From Candidatus Aenigmatarchaeota archaeon (GTDB lineage Archaea; Aenigmatarchaeota; Aenigmatarchaeia; CG10238-14; SpSt-28): a DNA stretch of 32,201 nucleotides. The translations under genes were made by a program, and so were the position numbers. Of this stretch, positions 15,969-26,091 are shown in pieces (within the stretch, counting starts at the first letter, position 1; each line of letters opens with the position of its first letter). The notes beneath the pieces are model-generated. The model ran no database searches and was not told the DNA's origin. It saw only the letters and a program-made list of their open reading frames with translations. The stretch is from positions 1 through 32,201 of the forward strand of contig JANXEB010000044.1 in NCBI GenBank assembly GCA_025058985.1, in the 5' to 3' direction.

Positions 15969-16004
15969 ATATTTATTTTTATTTTTTTAGAAGAAAACTA
16001 AATT

Positions 16005-16832
16005 ATGGCAGAAAGAAAACCAATTGATGAGTTTGTCTTTATATTAATGGCTGGTTTAGTTTTAATATCCATAATAATTGTTTATCAATATTCTCAAAAC
16101 CAAACAACTAATAACGTAACAAATTTAACAATAGCTAGAAACATTAAGATTTTTAATTTTGGGGATTTTGAGATATCTTACCAAATAGGAACCGAAAATA
16201 TAATAAAAAAAGAAAATATTAGAATTGAAAAAAGTATATTTTCAGAAAACTTCGTTGGTTATAGTTTCGAAATAAGCTCCGATAAATTAAAAATATTGCA
16301 AGCATCCAACCTTGAAGTTTCTGTGCATTCTACGAGTAAAAATGGTAAAATAATAATTAAAATAAATGGAAATGAAGCTGTTAATGAAGTTTTAGATAGC
16401 GGTACATACTTGTTTGAAGTATCTAAGTCTTTTTTACAAGAAAAAAATAAGATAGAAATATTGGTAGAAAAACTTCCGACATGGAAATTTTGGCAACCTG
16501 CCTTTTACGAAATATCGTTTAAATTTTATATAAACTATGCTGGCCAATCTTTTAAAGATTTTTCATTTACGCTAGAAGAAGATGATTTGAAAAAGTTTGA
16601 AAATGCCTTCATATCATTTAAAACTAGCGAAGAATCAGTAAAAAACGGAAAAGTGACTATCAGATTGAATGGTGGAAAAATATATAGTGATATACCACCA
16701 CTTCTAACAAACATAACAATAGACTTTGTTGGTAAGTTTAATAAAGGTAAAAATAAATTAGAATTTTCAACAGAACCAGGATCGGTTTATAAAATCGAAA
16801 ATTTAATAATAGTAATTAGTAAAAGGAGATAA
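16005..16832 (+). CDS. Membrane-anchored beta-rich extracellular protein
   Basis: N-terminal TM helix, N-glycosylation sequons and two similar G.(I/V).I.(I/L)NG....N.(I/L)E segments suggesting a duplicated beta-sandwich. Confidence 0.75.
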   Translation: MAERKPIDEFVFILMAGLVLISIIIVYQYSQNQTTNNVTNLTIARNIKIFNFGDFEISYQIGTENIIKKENIRIEKSIFSENFVGYSFEISSDKLKILQASNLEVSVHSTSKNGKIIIKINGNEAVNEVLDSGTYLFEVSKSFLQEKNKIEILVEKLPTWKFWQPAFYEISFKFYINYAGQSFKDFSFTLEEDDLKKFENAFISFKTSEESVKNGKVTIRLNGGKIYSDIPPLLTNITIDFVGKFNKGKNKLEFSTEPGSVYKIENLIIVISKRR

Positions 16833-16839
16833 TATCTTT

Positions 16840-19647
16840 TTAGAATTGATTATTCGGCCATAAATCAGCACCTCCGAACCACCAACCACAAGCTTCTGCA
16901 GATGCGCCCATAACAAACAAAGTTATTGTACTACCAATTCCACCAGTAAGTAGTGTTAAAAATACTGGACCAACTAGACCCATAAGTTGACAAAAGCTTT
17001 TAGCTCTAGCCTCAATTTTATCTCCGTAAGGAATGCAATAATTTCTTGCGATTTGCAGATCATCTTTTAAACCTGGTATTTTCATTTCTTCAAAATATTT
17101 TTTCATAGATTCCTGATCCACATCTATAATTATCTGCTGTGCAGGACTATCTGTAGAGCCTAGAAGACTTGCTATTCCTGTCCATCCGGAAGAAGTACAC
17201 TCTGAAACAATAGTCTCCATACCATTGCTTAATACTTTGTAATTTATAGGTTCTATTTTATATGTTCCGTTAATCAATCCCCTTATAAAATCTTCTCTAT
17301 CTTTTATTTTACATTTATCTACTAATACTCTATACATACACTCCAATATACTTTTATCTTCTAGGCATTCGTTGTAACCTACTGAGTTTTCACAAATAGT
17401 AATATACGTTGTGATTTCTTCATTTTCAATGTACTGTATTTCCTTTTCTTTAACTTTAAAATACAATTTATCAGATTGATAAAACTTATCGCATTTAATG
17501 ATACTATCCTTAGTTTTTTTCACAATCAAATCTGTTTTACATGGAGAAACTAACCAAGCTCTACTATATGTATCCCTTAGTCCAAATGCTTCCATCTTTT
17601 CTAGCATTACCGTAACAAAAGAATTGCTAGGATTCTCTAAAGATATGTTAAACATATTATTCACTATCGAAGATGAAACATATAAGCACATTGAGTTTCC
17701 ACCACATCCATTATAAGGTTCTTCGTATGAGTTTGCTAAAAGTGAATAAATGGCGTCTATAGCTATAGCTGCAATGATGTAATCCGCGTAACAAATACCC
17801 TGCTTCCATTTACTCCATTCGTAACCACAAGTTATAATTCCAGAAGGAAATCCTAAAGGTATTCCTTCTACCGCTCCCAGAGTAGCTGCCGATACTCCGC
17901 TTATGTAATATTTCAACGTGCCGAAATATTGTTTTTCAAAAACATTTTCACCCACCTTTTCAATTGTTTCGTCAGCCCATTCCTTAAACGTAGTCCAAAA
18001 ACTCTTACCTATTTCTTCATAGTATTCTTTCATAGTTATTTCTCCAGACTCCTCCATAAACTTAAAGTTAAAAATTGTTCTTTTGACATTAAGATCTACA
18101 AATTCTTCTATTAATTTCTTAATTCTTTTAGCTTCTTTTTCAGGCATTTTCGATAAAACTTTTTCCAAGCTTGTTAATGTGCCTTTCTCATCAAGCAAGC
18201 TTTTAATAACCTTCTTGTTAAGGAACCAGCTAGCAAATTTTTTAAAATCTTCACTCTTCACAGCCGACTTTATTCTTTCTTTTACTATAGTCTTTTCTTT
18301 TTCTTCCAGTAAATTAAGTTTTACAACTCTTTTAGCTATGCTATTGTCTCCTGTTCTTTTAAAATCTGCCGCTAATTCGTTTTTAAGCTCCTTGGCAAAT
18401 GAAGCTAAATCATTATATCTTGGTTTTCCATCAACTATTTTAATTCCTCTAATCATAGATTCGGCAAACGCTTTTCTTGTTGTCTCATATCTTATTAAAG
18501 CATCTTCTGGTATAGATCCTACAATAACAGAAATTATTTCGTCTTCTGAAATTTTTTCTATATGACCGCCTTTATTTTTTATCAAATCATAAATCCCTCC
18601 TATTATTCTTTTTTCTATTGTTTCTGGTTGCATGGATTGATGCAGATAAACCATTGTTTTTATTTCCCTTTCTTCAAACAACTCTATTAATTTATCTACA
18701 ATAGCTTTCTCAACTATTTCGTCAACAGGACCTGTGTTTTTTATGGCAGAAATGAGTGCGAGATTCAAAAAATTTCTAGGAAGAAAACCCCTAGCTAAGG
18801 TTTTTAAGACTTCTTTCCACGCCTTTGGACTAAAAGCCATTTTGGGATTCAGAACGATTTTTTTCGTAGTATACCAAACAGATTTTAAGCCAGCCTTACT
18901 AATCGGTATGACATTTGTTACACCTCCCATTGCTATACTTGCAACTACCCATTCTAAGGGTTCATCTCTATTGCTCCACCAGTCCTCTGTTTTTGGTTCT
19001 AGCTTCTCGAACATAACAATATACTTTGGATGTTGAAAAGCTCTTATAAAACAGTTATACCAAAAAACCGGAGTAATTCCTATAGACGGTACACACCACT
19101 CAGTTGTTTTAATGTAAGTTTCTAAAAGAAAAGTCGAAAACATATTTATTACGGGAACTCTTATTATTGTTTCTGAAGTTATAGCTAATAAAAGTTTATC
19201 AAAAAACCAAACGCCAGTAGCGATTGATGGTTTTTGTAGTAGAGTAAAGCCAATTACCTTACATTTCATTTCCTTTTTATTACATTCTACGTTAACAACA
19301 TCTTTATAAATACTGGAACATCTATAATAAACCGTATTACCATTACTACCTATTTTTTCACAAGAAACCATAGAAAAATTTGGTAATAGTTTATACTCTC
19401 TCTCTACCTCTAGTTCCTCAAAGGTTATTTTTTTATAACATGTACTGACAGTTTCTTTTTCCGTCGAAACGAAATCTATAGCACAACTCAAAGCAGCTGT
19501 AGAAGTTAGTGCATAAGCGGTGTCTCTATCTATCGGATATGGTATCATCGGTATTTGTATTCTTAACGCAAGTAAAACAAGGTAAGAAAATATAGCGACG
19601 GTTATAATTCCAATAATTAAGTATACGAGATATGTAACAGTTGGCAT
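16840..19647 (-). CDS. Large (935 aa) Cys-rich membrane-anchored protein with several Gly/Ala-rich hydrophobic segments; function unknown
   Basis: Long ORF with an N-terminal TM helix, Cys-rich regions flanking a charged helical core, and a hydrophobic C-terminus. Confidence 0.85.
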   Translation of the reverse strand: MPTVTYLVYLIIGIITVAIFSYLVLLALRIQIPMIPYPIDRDTAYALTSTAALSCAIDFVSTEKETVSTCYKKITFEELEVEREYKLLPNFSMVSCEKIGSNGNTVYYRCSSIYKDVVNVECNKKEMKCKVIGFTLLQKPSIATGVWFFDKLLLAITSETIIRVPVINMFSTFLLETYIKTTEWCVPSIGITPVFWYNCFIRAFQHPKYIVMFEKLEPKTEDWWSNRDEPLEWVVASIAMGGVTNVIPISKAGLKSVWYTTKKIVLNPKMAFSPKAWKEVLKTLARGFLPRNFLNLALISAIKNTGPVDEIVEKAIVDKLIELFEEREIKTMVYLHQSMQPETIEKRIIGGIYDLIKNKGGHIEKISEDEIISVIVGSIPEDALIRYETTRKAFAESMIRGIKIVDGKPRYNDLASFAKELKNELAADFKRTGDNSIAKRVVKLNLLEEKEKTIVKERIKSAVKSEDFKKFASWFLNKKVIKSLLDEKGTLTSLEKVLSKMPEKEAKRIKKLIEEFVDLNVKRTIFNFKFMEESGEITMKEYYEEIGKSFWTTFKEWADETIEKVGENVFEKQYFGTLKYYISGVSAATLGAVEGIPLGFPSGIITCGYEWSKWKQGICYADYIIAAIAIDAIYSLLANSYEEPYNGCGGNSMCLYVSSSIVNNMFNISLENPSNSFVTVMLEKMEAFGLRDTYSRAWLVSPCKTDLIVKKTKDSIIKCDKFYQSDKLYFKVKEKEIQYIENEEITTYITICENSVGYNECLEDKSILECMYRVLVDKCKIKDREDFIRGLINGTYKIEPINYKVLSNGMETIVSECTSSGWTGIASLLGSTDSPAQQIIIDVDQESMKKYFEEMKIPGLKDDLQIARNYCIPYGDKIEARAKSFCQLMGLVGPVFLTLLTGGIGSTITLFVMGASAEACGWWFGGADLWPNNQF

Positions 19648-19674
19648 ATAAATTTATTTTATTTTTAAAAAATA

Positions 19675-20607
19675 TTAGCAGTTGTAATTGTTTTCAATTC
19701 CTTTGGTAATAAAAAGCATTAGCGGAATACCTCTTGCCGATGATGTAGCCACAAACCTTAGAGAAGAACTTATTGAGGAGATCACGCAATCTTTACTTGA
19801 ACAATATCTGTAACATACTTCCTCTCCTTCTGGTGTCGTATAGCATGACGTTCTATAATAGTATTTTTCATAAAAAGTTACTCTAACATCAACAAACATA
19901 TCTTTAACCTCCACAAATGAATTTTTATTGCTATTCAATTTTGCTATTTCCTTAATCTTTTCTCTCATAGCTCTCTCTATCATGGTTTTTGCGTTAGAAT
20001 GGGGACAAGTATCTCTACATGAAAGTCCAGTATAAGTATATCTAAGGTAAAGAGTGCATATATTTTTCATTTCATAGTCTATCAAATCCAAAACTTTATA
20101 GAAAATATCTTTATAGACAAAATATTTTTCTTCTATACAAGCATTTAGATTAAACTTTTTTGTTATAGTTGGATTTTCAATATTAATTTCCAAACTAGAA
20201 GTACTGATACAAATGTCATTATTTTTTTCTTTATTTATTTTGTCTACTTTTACAGGTAATCCCGATAATTTAATCCTACTTTTTTCACTAAGCTTTACTA
20301 CATAATCATTTAAATAAATTTGTAATTTATTTTTGAAATCTTCGTATTGATTTGATCTTAATCTATAATAGTTAAAATCGGAATCATTCCACGCTCTTAT
20401 AGTTGATAAATGTAAGGATGCTTTCATAGACTTGTAAACACTCTCTATCATAAAAACTTTTTTCAAATTTTCGAAAACTATTAAATTGCTCCTATACATG
20501 TGATTTTGAAAAATTATTAAAGAAAAATAAATAGATAATACAACAAACAAAACTAAGAAAAACACTATCCAACTTTTCATGGCATACGAACCAATGTTAA
20601 TTTCCAA
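19675..20607 (-). CDS. N-terminally anchored Cys-containing surface/pilin-like protein (310 aa)
   Basis: Hydrophobic N-terminal helix and multiple Cys pairs; overlaps the upstream gene. Confidence 0.75.
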   Translation of the reverse strand: MEINIGSYAMKSWIVFFLVLFVVLSIYFSLIIFQNHMYRSNLIVFENLKKVFMIESVYKSMKASLHLSTIRAWNDSDFNYYRLRSNQYEDFKNKLQIYLNDYVVKLSEKSRIKLSGLPVKVDKINKEKNNDICISTSSLEINIENPTITKKFNLNACIEEKYFVYKDIFYKVLDLIDYEMKNICTLYLRYTYTGLSCRDTCPHSNAKTMIERAMREKIKEIAKLNSNKNSFVEVKDMFVDVRVTFYEKYYYRTSCYTTPEGEEVCYRYCSSKDCVISSISSSLRFVATSSARGIPLMLFITKGIENNYNC

Positions 20608-21155
20608 TCAGACGGTTGTAGAACAACATTAGTAAAAGCAAAAATCATACTACTCACTTCACCATTGAAAAGTGGGAAGAATATTATGTATCTCTCTATA
20701 ATGCTTTCTGTTTTACATTCCTTATACTCACTTATGTATTCGCCCTCACCAAAATTTATTCTTGCACAGACCAGAAGTGGCAGATTATTAGCAAAGTATT
20801 TTTTGAACAGACGAGAAAAAATGTTATCTTTTTTAATCCGATAATCATAGCTTGCAACGTAAATATATGGAACTTCTGCTTTACACGTGCAAACCTCTTT
20901 TTCACCAAAAACCTGACAATTTGAACTACAATAGCTTTCTTTTTCCTGTCCTCTATAGTATTCCTCTTTCCACTCGTATTCTATAGCTAGTGATAGAAAA
21001 AGTTCTGGAATGTTGTTGAAAGATATGTACTCGAACAAATCTAAATAAAAACTCTCCATTCTATACCTAAAGAATGTCAAGAAAGTAATTGTAATTATCA
21101 ATACTACCACTATCACTACGATACTTAACTTTTCCAAAAGAAATATTCCTTTCAT
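20577..21155 (-). CDS. Pilin-like protein with class III signal-like N-terminus (192 aa)
   Basis: MKG^IFLLE followed by a long hydrophobic helix; Cys cluster. Confidence 0.7.
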   Translation of the reverse strand: MKGIFLLEKLSIVVIVVVLIITITFLTFFRYRMESFYLDLFEYISFNNIPELFLSLAIEYEWKEEYYRGQEKESYCSSNCQVFGEKEVCTCKAEVPYIYVASYDYRIKKDNIFSRLFKKYFANNLPLLVCARINFGEGEYISEYKECKTESIIERYIIFFPLFNGEVSSMIFAFTNVVLQPSDWKLTLVRMP

Positions 21156-21877
21156 TTTTTAGGAACCTTCACAAATATTTTTTTCTCTGTTTTAAGAAAA
21201 TTAACTATTATCTCACTACATTCTTGAACCGCGTCGTACTTAATTATTTCTAACTTCAAACCACAATCTGTATAAGTTTGACATACGTTGTTTAAACAAA
21301 CTTTACCTTTGCCTATGCTAAGACTACGAAAGTCATTCAGCAATATTTTTATCCTCTTCTCGAACGATAAAGTCGATAAACAAGAATATGTTAAATAATA
21401 AGCTAACTGAGACAATGGTGTAACTAATGAAATTATTCTAACTCTAATTGGCTTGCAAAAAAATTCTTTTTCACAAATAGCGACATAACTTTCGAACATT
21501 GATTTCTTCAACATACCAGAATCGATATAACAAGAATTTTCCTTAAAAGCTTGAGTAATAAATGGGCCATCAAAGTTTGCTATATATCTGTTAACAGATT
21601 CGTTAGAAAAATTCACTACATAATTCAATTCATAGCTTTCTATTTTTTCTATTTCTCTATCGTTCCACTCATTGAAAAAACTCCTAGAAATTAACAGTCT
21701 ATCAATTAAGAAATTAGAAGAAGATATATAAGAATTTAATATAGAATAAGTTAGCAAAAATTGTTTAGAACTTACTATCTCAACTCTTAATTTAAAAAAA
21801 TTTCCACTAACTACTAGAAGCAATGCTACGACAATAGCCATTAAAAATACCCAAATCAAAATATCTCCTAACTCCAT
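21152..21877 (-). CDS. N-terminally anchored Cys-rich pilin-like protein (241 aa)
   Basis: MELGDILIWVFLMAIVVALLLVV; about eight Cys; ATGA overlap with the next gene. Confidence 0.7.
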   Translation of the reverse strand: MELGDILIWVFLMAIVVALLLVVSGNFFKLRVEIVSSKQFLLTYSILNSYISSSNFLIDRLLISRSFFNEWNDREIEKIESYELNYVVNFSNESVNRYIANFDGPFITQAFKENSCYIDSGMLKKSMFESYVAICEKEFFCKPIRVRIISLVTPLSQLAYYLTYSCLSTLSFEKRIKILLNDFRSLSIGKGKVCLNNVCQTYTDCGLKLEIIKYDAVQECSEIIVNFLKTEKKIFVKVPKK

Positions 21878-22251
21878 TTTTTTTCGATTAAAAAAACTAT
21901 TTCATTAGCACTCTCCTTTATTCGTACATTTAGTCGCTTTATTGGTATTGTTAAACAATCCTCGGTAGTTACTACAAACTGAGAATTTATACATAACATT
22001 GGAAAAAAATGGCTTACAGTATATTTAACATTTCCAGTATTTTCTATCCTATACTCATAATTAAAATTTGTCCTATAAAAAAGCGAAGAATATATCAATG
22101 ATAATAAAGTAGTTGTCTGCATATCACTAAACCTTAAGCCCAATATGTTGGAAATTTCCCCAGCAATTTGCATAGTTGTCATGATTATAACCAAGGTCAT
22201 TATTGTAAGGAAAATTAAGACAAATAGCTTTTTTGCTGCAAATTCTCCCAT
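21868..22251 (-). CDS. Small N-terminally anchored pilin-like protein (127 aa)
   Basis: Hydrophobic N-terminal helix and one Cys pair; first gene of the overlapping minus-strand operon. Confidence 0.7.
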   Translation of the reverse strand: MGEFAAKKLFVLIFLTIMTLVIIMTTMQIAGEISNILGLRFSDMQTTTLLSLIYSSLFYRTNFNYEYRIENTGNVKYTVSHFFPMLCINSQFVVTTEDCLTIPIKRLNVRIKESANEIVFLIEKKWS

Positions 22252-22315
22252 AATTTTATTTACACAGAAAGAAAAATATTTAGTAAAATAAATTTTTTTT
22301 ATCTAAAAATATGTT

Positions 22316-23212
22316 GTGTTAGAAAAATTTGAAAGTTTTAGAAATTTATGCGGTGAAATAGATTTATTAACAAGAAGTGAAAACACAAAAAAAACTTATG
22401 AAAAAGGTTTAATGGCTTTCATGAAAATTTTTGAAATAGATGACCTGGACAAATTTATAAATAAAGTTAGAAATGGTGAAATAATACCAAATGAAGTATA
22501 TAAACAGTTTCTTCTAAACCTAGCGAAAAAACAAACAGCTCCAAAAACTATATTAACTTGGTCTTCCGCTTTAAAAAAATTCTTTGAAGCAAATTCTATA
22601 AAAATAGATGAAAAAATAAGAATTAAAGTTTTTAATATTCATGAAGATCACCTTATCTCAAAAGAAGAACTTAGGTTTATTGTTAACAATGTTAATATAA
22701 GAACACAATCTATTATTCTAATTTTATCTTCTTCTGGTTTAAGAATAGACGAACTTAGAAATTTAAAAATAGGAGATGTTGATTTGAAATCAGAACCAGC
22801 AGTAATAAAAGTTAGAGGAAGTTTAGCAAAAGAAAGAAAACCAAGAGTAACCTTCATTTCAAAACAAGCAAAAGAAGTTTTGCTAAAATATTTAAGTACT
22901 AGAAAAAATGTAGACAATGATTCTTATCTAATTACAAGCAGGGAAGAAAAACAATTAAGCTATTCACAAATTCAATACATAATTAACAAAGCTTTTAAAC
23001 TAATTGCAAAAAAAGAAGGTAAAAGATATAACTTACATGCACATGTTTTAAGAAAGTTTTTTAAAACCAACATGATAGCTGCAGGTGTACCTGCTCCAAT
23101 AGTCGATAGATTAATGGGACATAAAAGATACCTTAGTGAAGAATATGAACTCTATACTTTTGATCAATTAAAAGAATGGTACTTAAAAGGAGAAGCAAAT
23201 TTAACATTATGA
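22316..23212 (+). CDS. Tyrosine recombinase/integrase (Xer/phage-integrase family), GTG start
   Basis: SSGLR (R), KERKPR (K), H.HVLRKFF (HxxR), LMGH and a downstream Tyr; N-terminal SAM-like domain (SENTKKTY, PKTI). Confidence 0.92.
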   Translation: MLEKFESFRNLCGEIDLLTRSENTKKTYEKGLMAFMKIFEIDDLDKFINKVRNGEIIPNEVYKQFLLNLAKKQTAPKTILTWSSALKKFFEANSIKIDEKIRIKVFNIHEDHLISKEELRFIVNNVNIRTQSIILILSSSGLRIDELRNLKIGDVDLKSEPAVIKVRGSLAKERKPRVTFISKQAKEVLLKYLSTRKNVDNDSYLITSREEKQLSYSQIQYIINKAFKLIAKKEGKRYNLHAHVLRKFFKTNMIAAGVPAPIVDRLMGHKRYLSEEYELYTFDQLKEWYLKGEANLTL

Positions 23213-23412
23213 GGAGAAAAAGAAGAATAAGTTTATTTTCAAGAATGATTTCTATGCTACTAGTAATAGTTGGCTTTTCTTTAATAACAGTAGTAGTATT
23301 TTTACACTCCTCAACAATAGAAGAAATCGAACTGAAAATAAAAATTTTATCAGTAATAGTTGGTAGCTTATATATAATGTTCTCTCTGCTTATTTTTAAA
23401 CAACAACAATAG
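23209..23412 (+). CDS. Small two-TM membrane protein (likely start 23209)
   Basis: MRRKRR followed by two hydrophobic helices; ATGA overlap with the recombinase stop. Confidence 0.65.
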   Translation: MRRKRRISLFSRMISMLLVIVGFSLITVVVFLHSSTIEEIELKIKILSVIVGSLYIMFSLLIFKQQQ

Positions 23413-26065
23413 AAGGTTTACCTGGAAAACTTTTTTTAGCTTTTTCCTCTTTACTCTCCTCTTCTTTCTCCACAACTACTTCAACTCCAAACTCTTCTCT
23501 TAAAAATTCCAAGTTTTCTTTCAAAGCAACTTCCTCTAACTCAGTTTCAACAAAACGTTGCAAAATTTCTGGATTAATGTTTGTTTTGAATAACCTGCTA
23601 AGCTCTCTTTTTGCTTCTTCGTAACTCAAATTACTTTCTATGATTCTTTTAACTATAGAAGCTTTTTCTCTACTACAAACTATTATTTTAATTTTCTCTA
23701 TTTTTTCAATCTTAGCTAATTTTAATACACTTTTTATATCCTCTATTAAATTCTCCATATACTTTTCAACTTTTAAATAATTTTCATCTACCTTAGAAAC
23801 TTCTATCCATTTTAATTCAAAATTCAACTTTTCAAAAATTTCACTAACTATATGTGGTATTATAGGATAAACTATTAAACTCCTAATTTTTTTATAATAC
23901 TCTACATATTTTTTGCTTGGTGTTTTACACCTCTTCAAATACCAGTTAAACATTCTCTCGAGCTCATACCATTTATTTATAACATTCCTGAAGTCTAGCT
24001 CTTCATAAAAAACTTCACACTCTTTAAGAGCCTTATTCAACACTGTCTCAAACCATTTATCTATCATTCTTTCTTTTTTTAAATCATTTCCGAACTCTTT
24101 TAAACAAAAATCATACCAAGAAACTATTTCTTCTTCTATTTTATCAATTTTACCAATTTCCACATTCATATCATTTAAACTAGAATAACTATTCATTGCT
24201 AATAAAAATCTTAAAGAATCAGAAGAATATTTTTTCAAGACATCTAAGATTGGAATAAAATTTCCCTTACTTTTACTCATTTTCTCCCCATTTATAAGAA
24301 CATGCCCATTAATAGCTATTGCTTTAGGCCAATGTTTTCTGTCGAATATAGCAACATGATGAAATATCATGAACGGAAGATGATTATAGAGCAAATCTTT
24401 TCCACTTACCCTTAAGTCAAGTGGATACCAATAATTAAATTCTTTATCTTTTGAAAACAACTCATCAAAAAACTCTTCAGTTAAATTCTCTTCACCACAA
24501 TTTTTTAGAGAATGAGCTACTGTATAAAAAGCCATGTAAATTGTTGAATCGGAAAGAGATTCTATGAACCATTCTTTATCTAAGAAAAATCTAGTTCCTA
24601 AAATATCTTTATGAACAAAGGCCCAATCTCTCATATTTTTAATAGCTCTTATTATTTCGTTCTTCGCTTCCTTAGGATAAAAAATCATTTGCTCAACACA
24701 TTCTAAAGCTAAATTTTTCCATCCTTGGTTAGAATAATTTATAAACCATTGATCTATTAATCTCACAACACACTTATTTCCATATCTTGAATGGAATCTT
24801 ATTGGCAAAGTACAATGTTTAATAGCAAGTCTTTTTTTAATCAATTCATTAGCAAATTCATCTTTGATTTCACAAACTCTTTTGCCAGCAAACTTTCCAA
24901 AAATTACTTTTGTTATACCATAATAAAATTCTTTTGAATATATCTCTTCGGTAGCTTTTTCTAATTTCTCTTTATCTTTTTGAGAAGTTATTTTCATTCT
25001 TTCTACAACATCTCTAGCTGGATATTCTGAATAACCTTCTAAAGCAAACAATGATTTCATGTTTTGTAAACATTTTTTAGCAATTTCGTCATTCAAATCA
25101 ATTAAAGCTATATAATCGTATGGAGCGTGCGAAGGAACACTCATAACTATTCCTGTGCCTATCTCTGTATCAACAAAAGTAGATGGTAATATAGGAACTT
25201 CTTCATTAGTGTACGGGTTTTTAACGCGTTTGTATAACAAACTTTTGATGTCTATTTTATTTATAACTTCAACCATATGCTCTTGAGCTTTTATTTCATC
25301 AATAACTATTGTATTTGGTAATATCCATTTTTCTCCATCAACCTTAACCAACAAATATTCACCATCTTTGTTAACCCAAATATTTGTAACTCCCAATAAA
25401 GTTTCTGGTCTTAAAGTAAAACATGGTATTATAAAATCTTCTAAATAAAACTTTATTATATAACCCTCCACATAACTTATATCAACAAACTCATCTGGCC
25501 TATCATGATCACCAATAACTTTATCTACTTTCAAATCATAAACAACATGATGCTTTCCTTTTTTTATCAAATCTTTTTTAGCTAGCTTTTTATATTGCCA
25601 CTCAACAAATTTAGTAAAAGATTTTTCAGGATCTGTAGTTATAAAAGTTCTTCTAAAATCTATTGATGCACCCAACTTTTTCAAAGCTTCTACAGCTTTG
25701 GGAATAAAATAATCAACCCAATAATTAGCATTTTTAAATTTCTCTATTTCCTTCTCATCTACATGTTGCATCAATAAATCGTTGACTATTTTTTTATCAC
25801 CACTTTTTAGCCTATAAACTGCTGCCATTATTGGAGAGCCAGTTGTATGAAAAGCTTGAGGAAGAAGCACATTAAATCCTTTTAACCTTTTATATCTAGC
25901 TAAAAACTCTGCTCTACAAAAAGTAGCAGCATGGCCAAGATGTAATAAACCATTTACATACGGAATTGGAAAAGTTATGAAAAACTTTTTTAATTTTTCA
26001 TCAACATTTGCCTCAAAATTCCATATATTTTGCCACTTTTCTTCTATTTTCTTCAGACTATCCAT
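23396..26065 (-). CDS. leuS: Leucyl-tRNA synthetase, archaeal type
   Basis: PYVNG.LHLGH (HIGH), TLRPET and GTGIVMSVPSHAP.D (CP1 editing domain), ESLSDSTIY, SGKDL and KMSKS. Confidence 0.97.
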   Translation of the reverse strand: MDSLKKIEEKWQNIWNFEANVDEKLKKFFITFPIPYVNGLLHLGHAATFCRAEFLARYKRLKGFNVLLPQAFHTTGSPIMAAVYRLKSGDKKIVNDLLMQHVDEKEIEKFKNANYWVDYFIPKAVEALKKLGASIDFRRTFITTDPEKSFTKFVEWQYKKLAKKDLIKKGKHHVVYDLKVDKVIGDHDRPDEFVDISYVEGYIIKFYLEDFIIPCFTLRPETLLGVTNIWVNKDGEYLLVKVDGEKWILPNTIVIDEIKAQEHMVEVINKIDIKSLLYKRVKNPYTNEEVPILPSTFVDTEIGTGIVMSVPSHAPYDYIALIDLNDEIAKKCLQNMKSLFALEGYSEYPARDVVERMKITSQKDKEKLEKATEEIYSKEFYYGITKVIFGKFAGKRVCEIKDEFANELIKKRLAIKHCTLPIRFHSRYGNKCVVRLIDQWFINYSNQGWKNLALECVEQMIFYPKEAKNEIIRAIKNMRDWAFVHKDILGTRFFLDKEWFIESLSDSTIYMAFYTVAHSLKNCGEENLTEEFFDELFSKDKEFNYWYPLDLRVSGKDLLYNHLPFMIFHHVAIFDRKHWPKAIAINGHVLINGEKMSKSKGNFIPILDVLKKYSSDSLRFLLAMNSYSSLNDMNVEIGKIDKIEEEIVSWYDFCLKEFGNDLKKERMIDKWFETVLNKALKECEVFYEELDFRNVINKWYELERMFNWYLKRCKTPSKKYVEYYKKIRSLIVYPIIPHIVSEIFEKLNFELKWIEVSKVDENYLKVEKYMENLIEDIKSVLKLAKIEKIEKIKIIVCSREKASIVKRIIESNLSYEEAKRELSRLFKTNINPEILQRFVETELEEVALKENLEFLREEFGVEVVVEKEEESKEEKAKKSFPGKPSIVVV

Positions 26066-26091
26066 AATATAATAAATTATTAAAACAAATT

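Noticed and set aside
22279..22307. TTTAGTAAAAT...TTTTATCTAAA as an archaeal dif site beside the recombinase
   Set aside because: It is 29 rather than 28 bp with imperfect arms, and such matches are expected by chance at this AT content.
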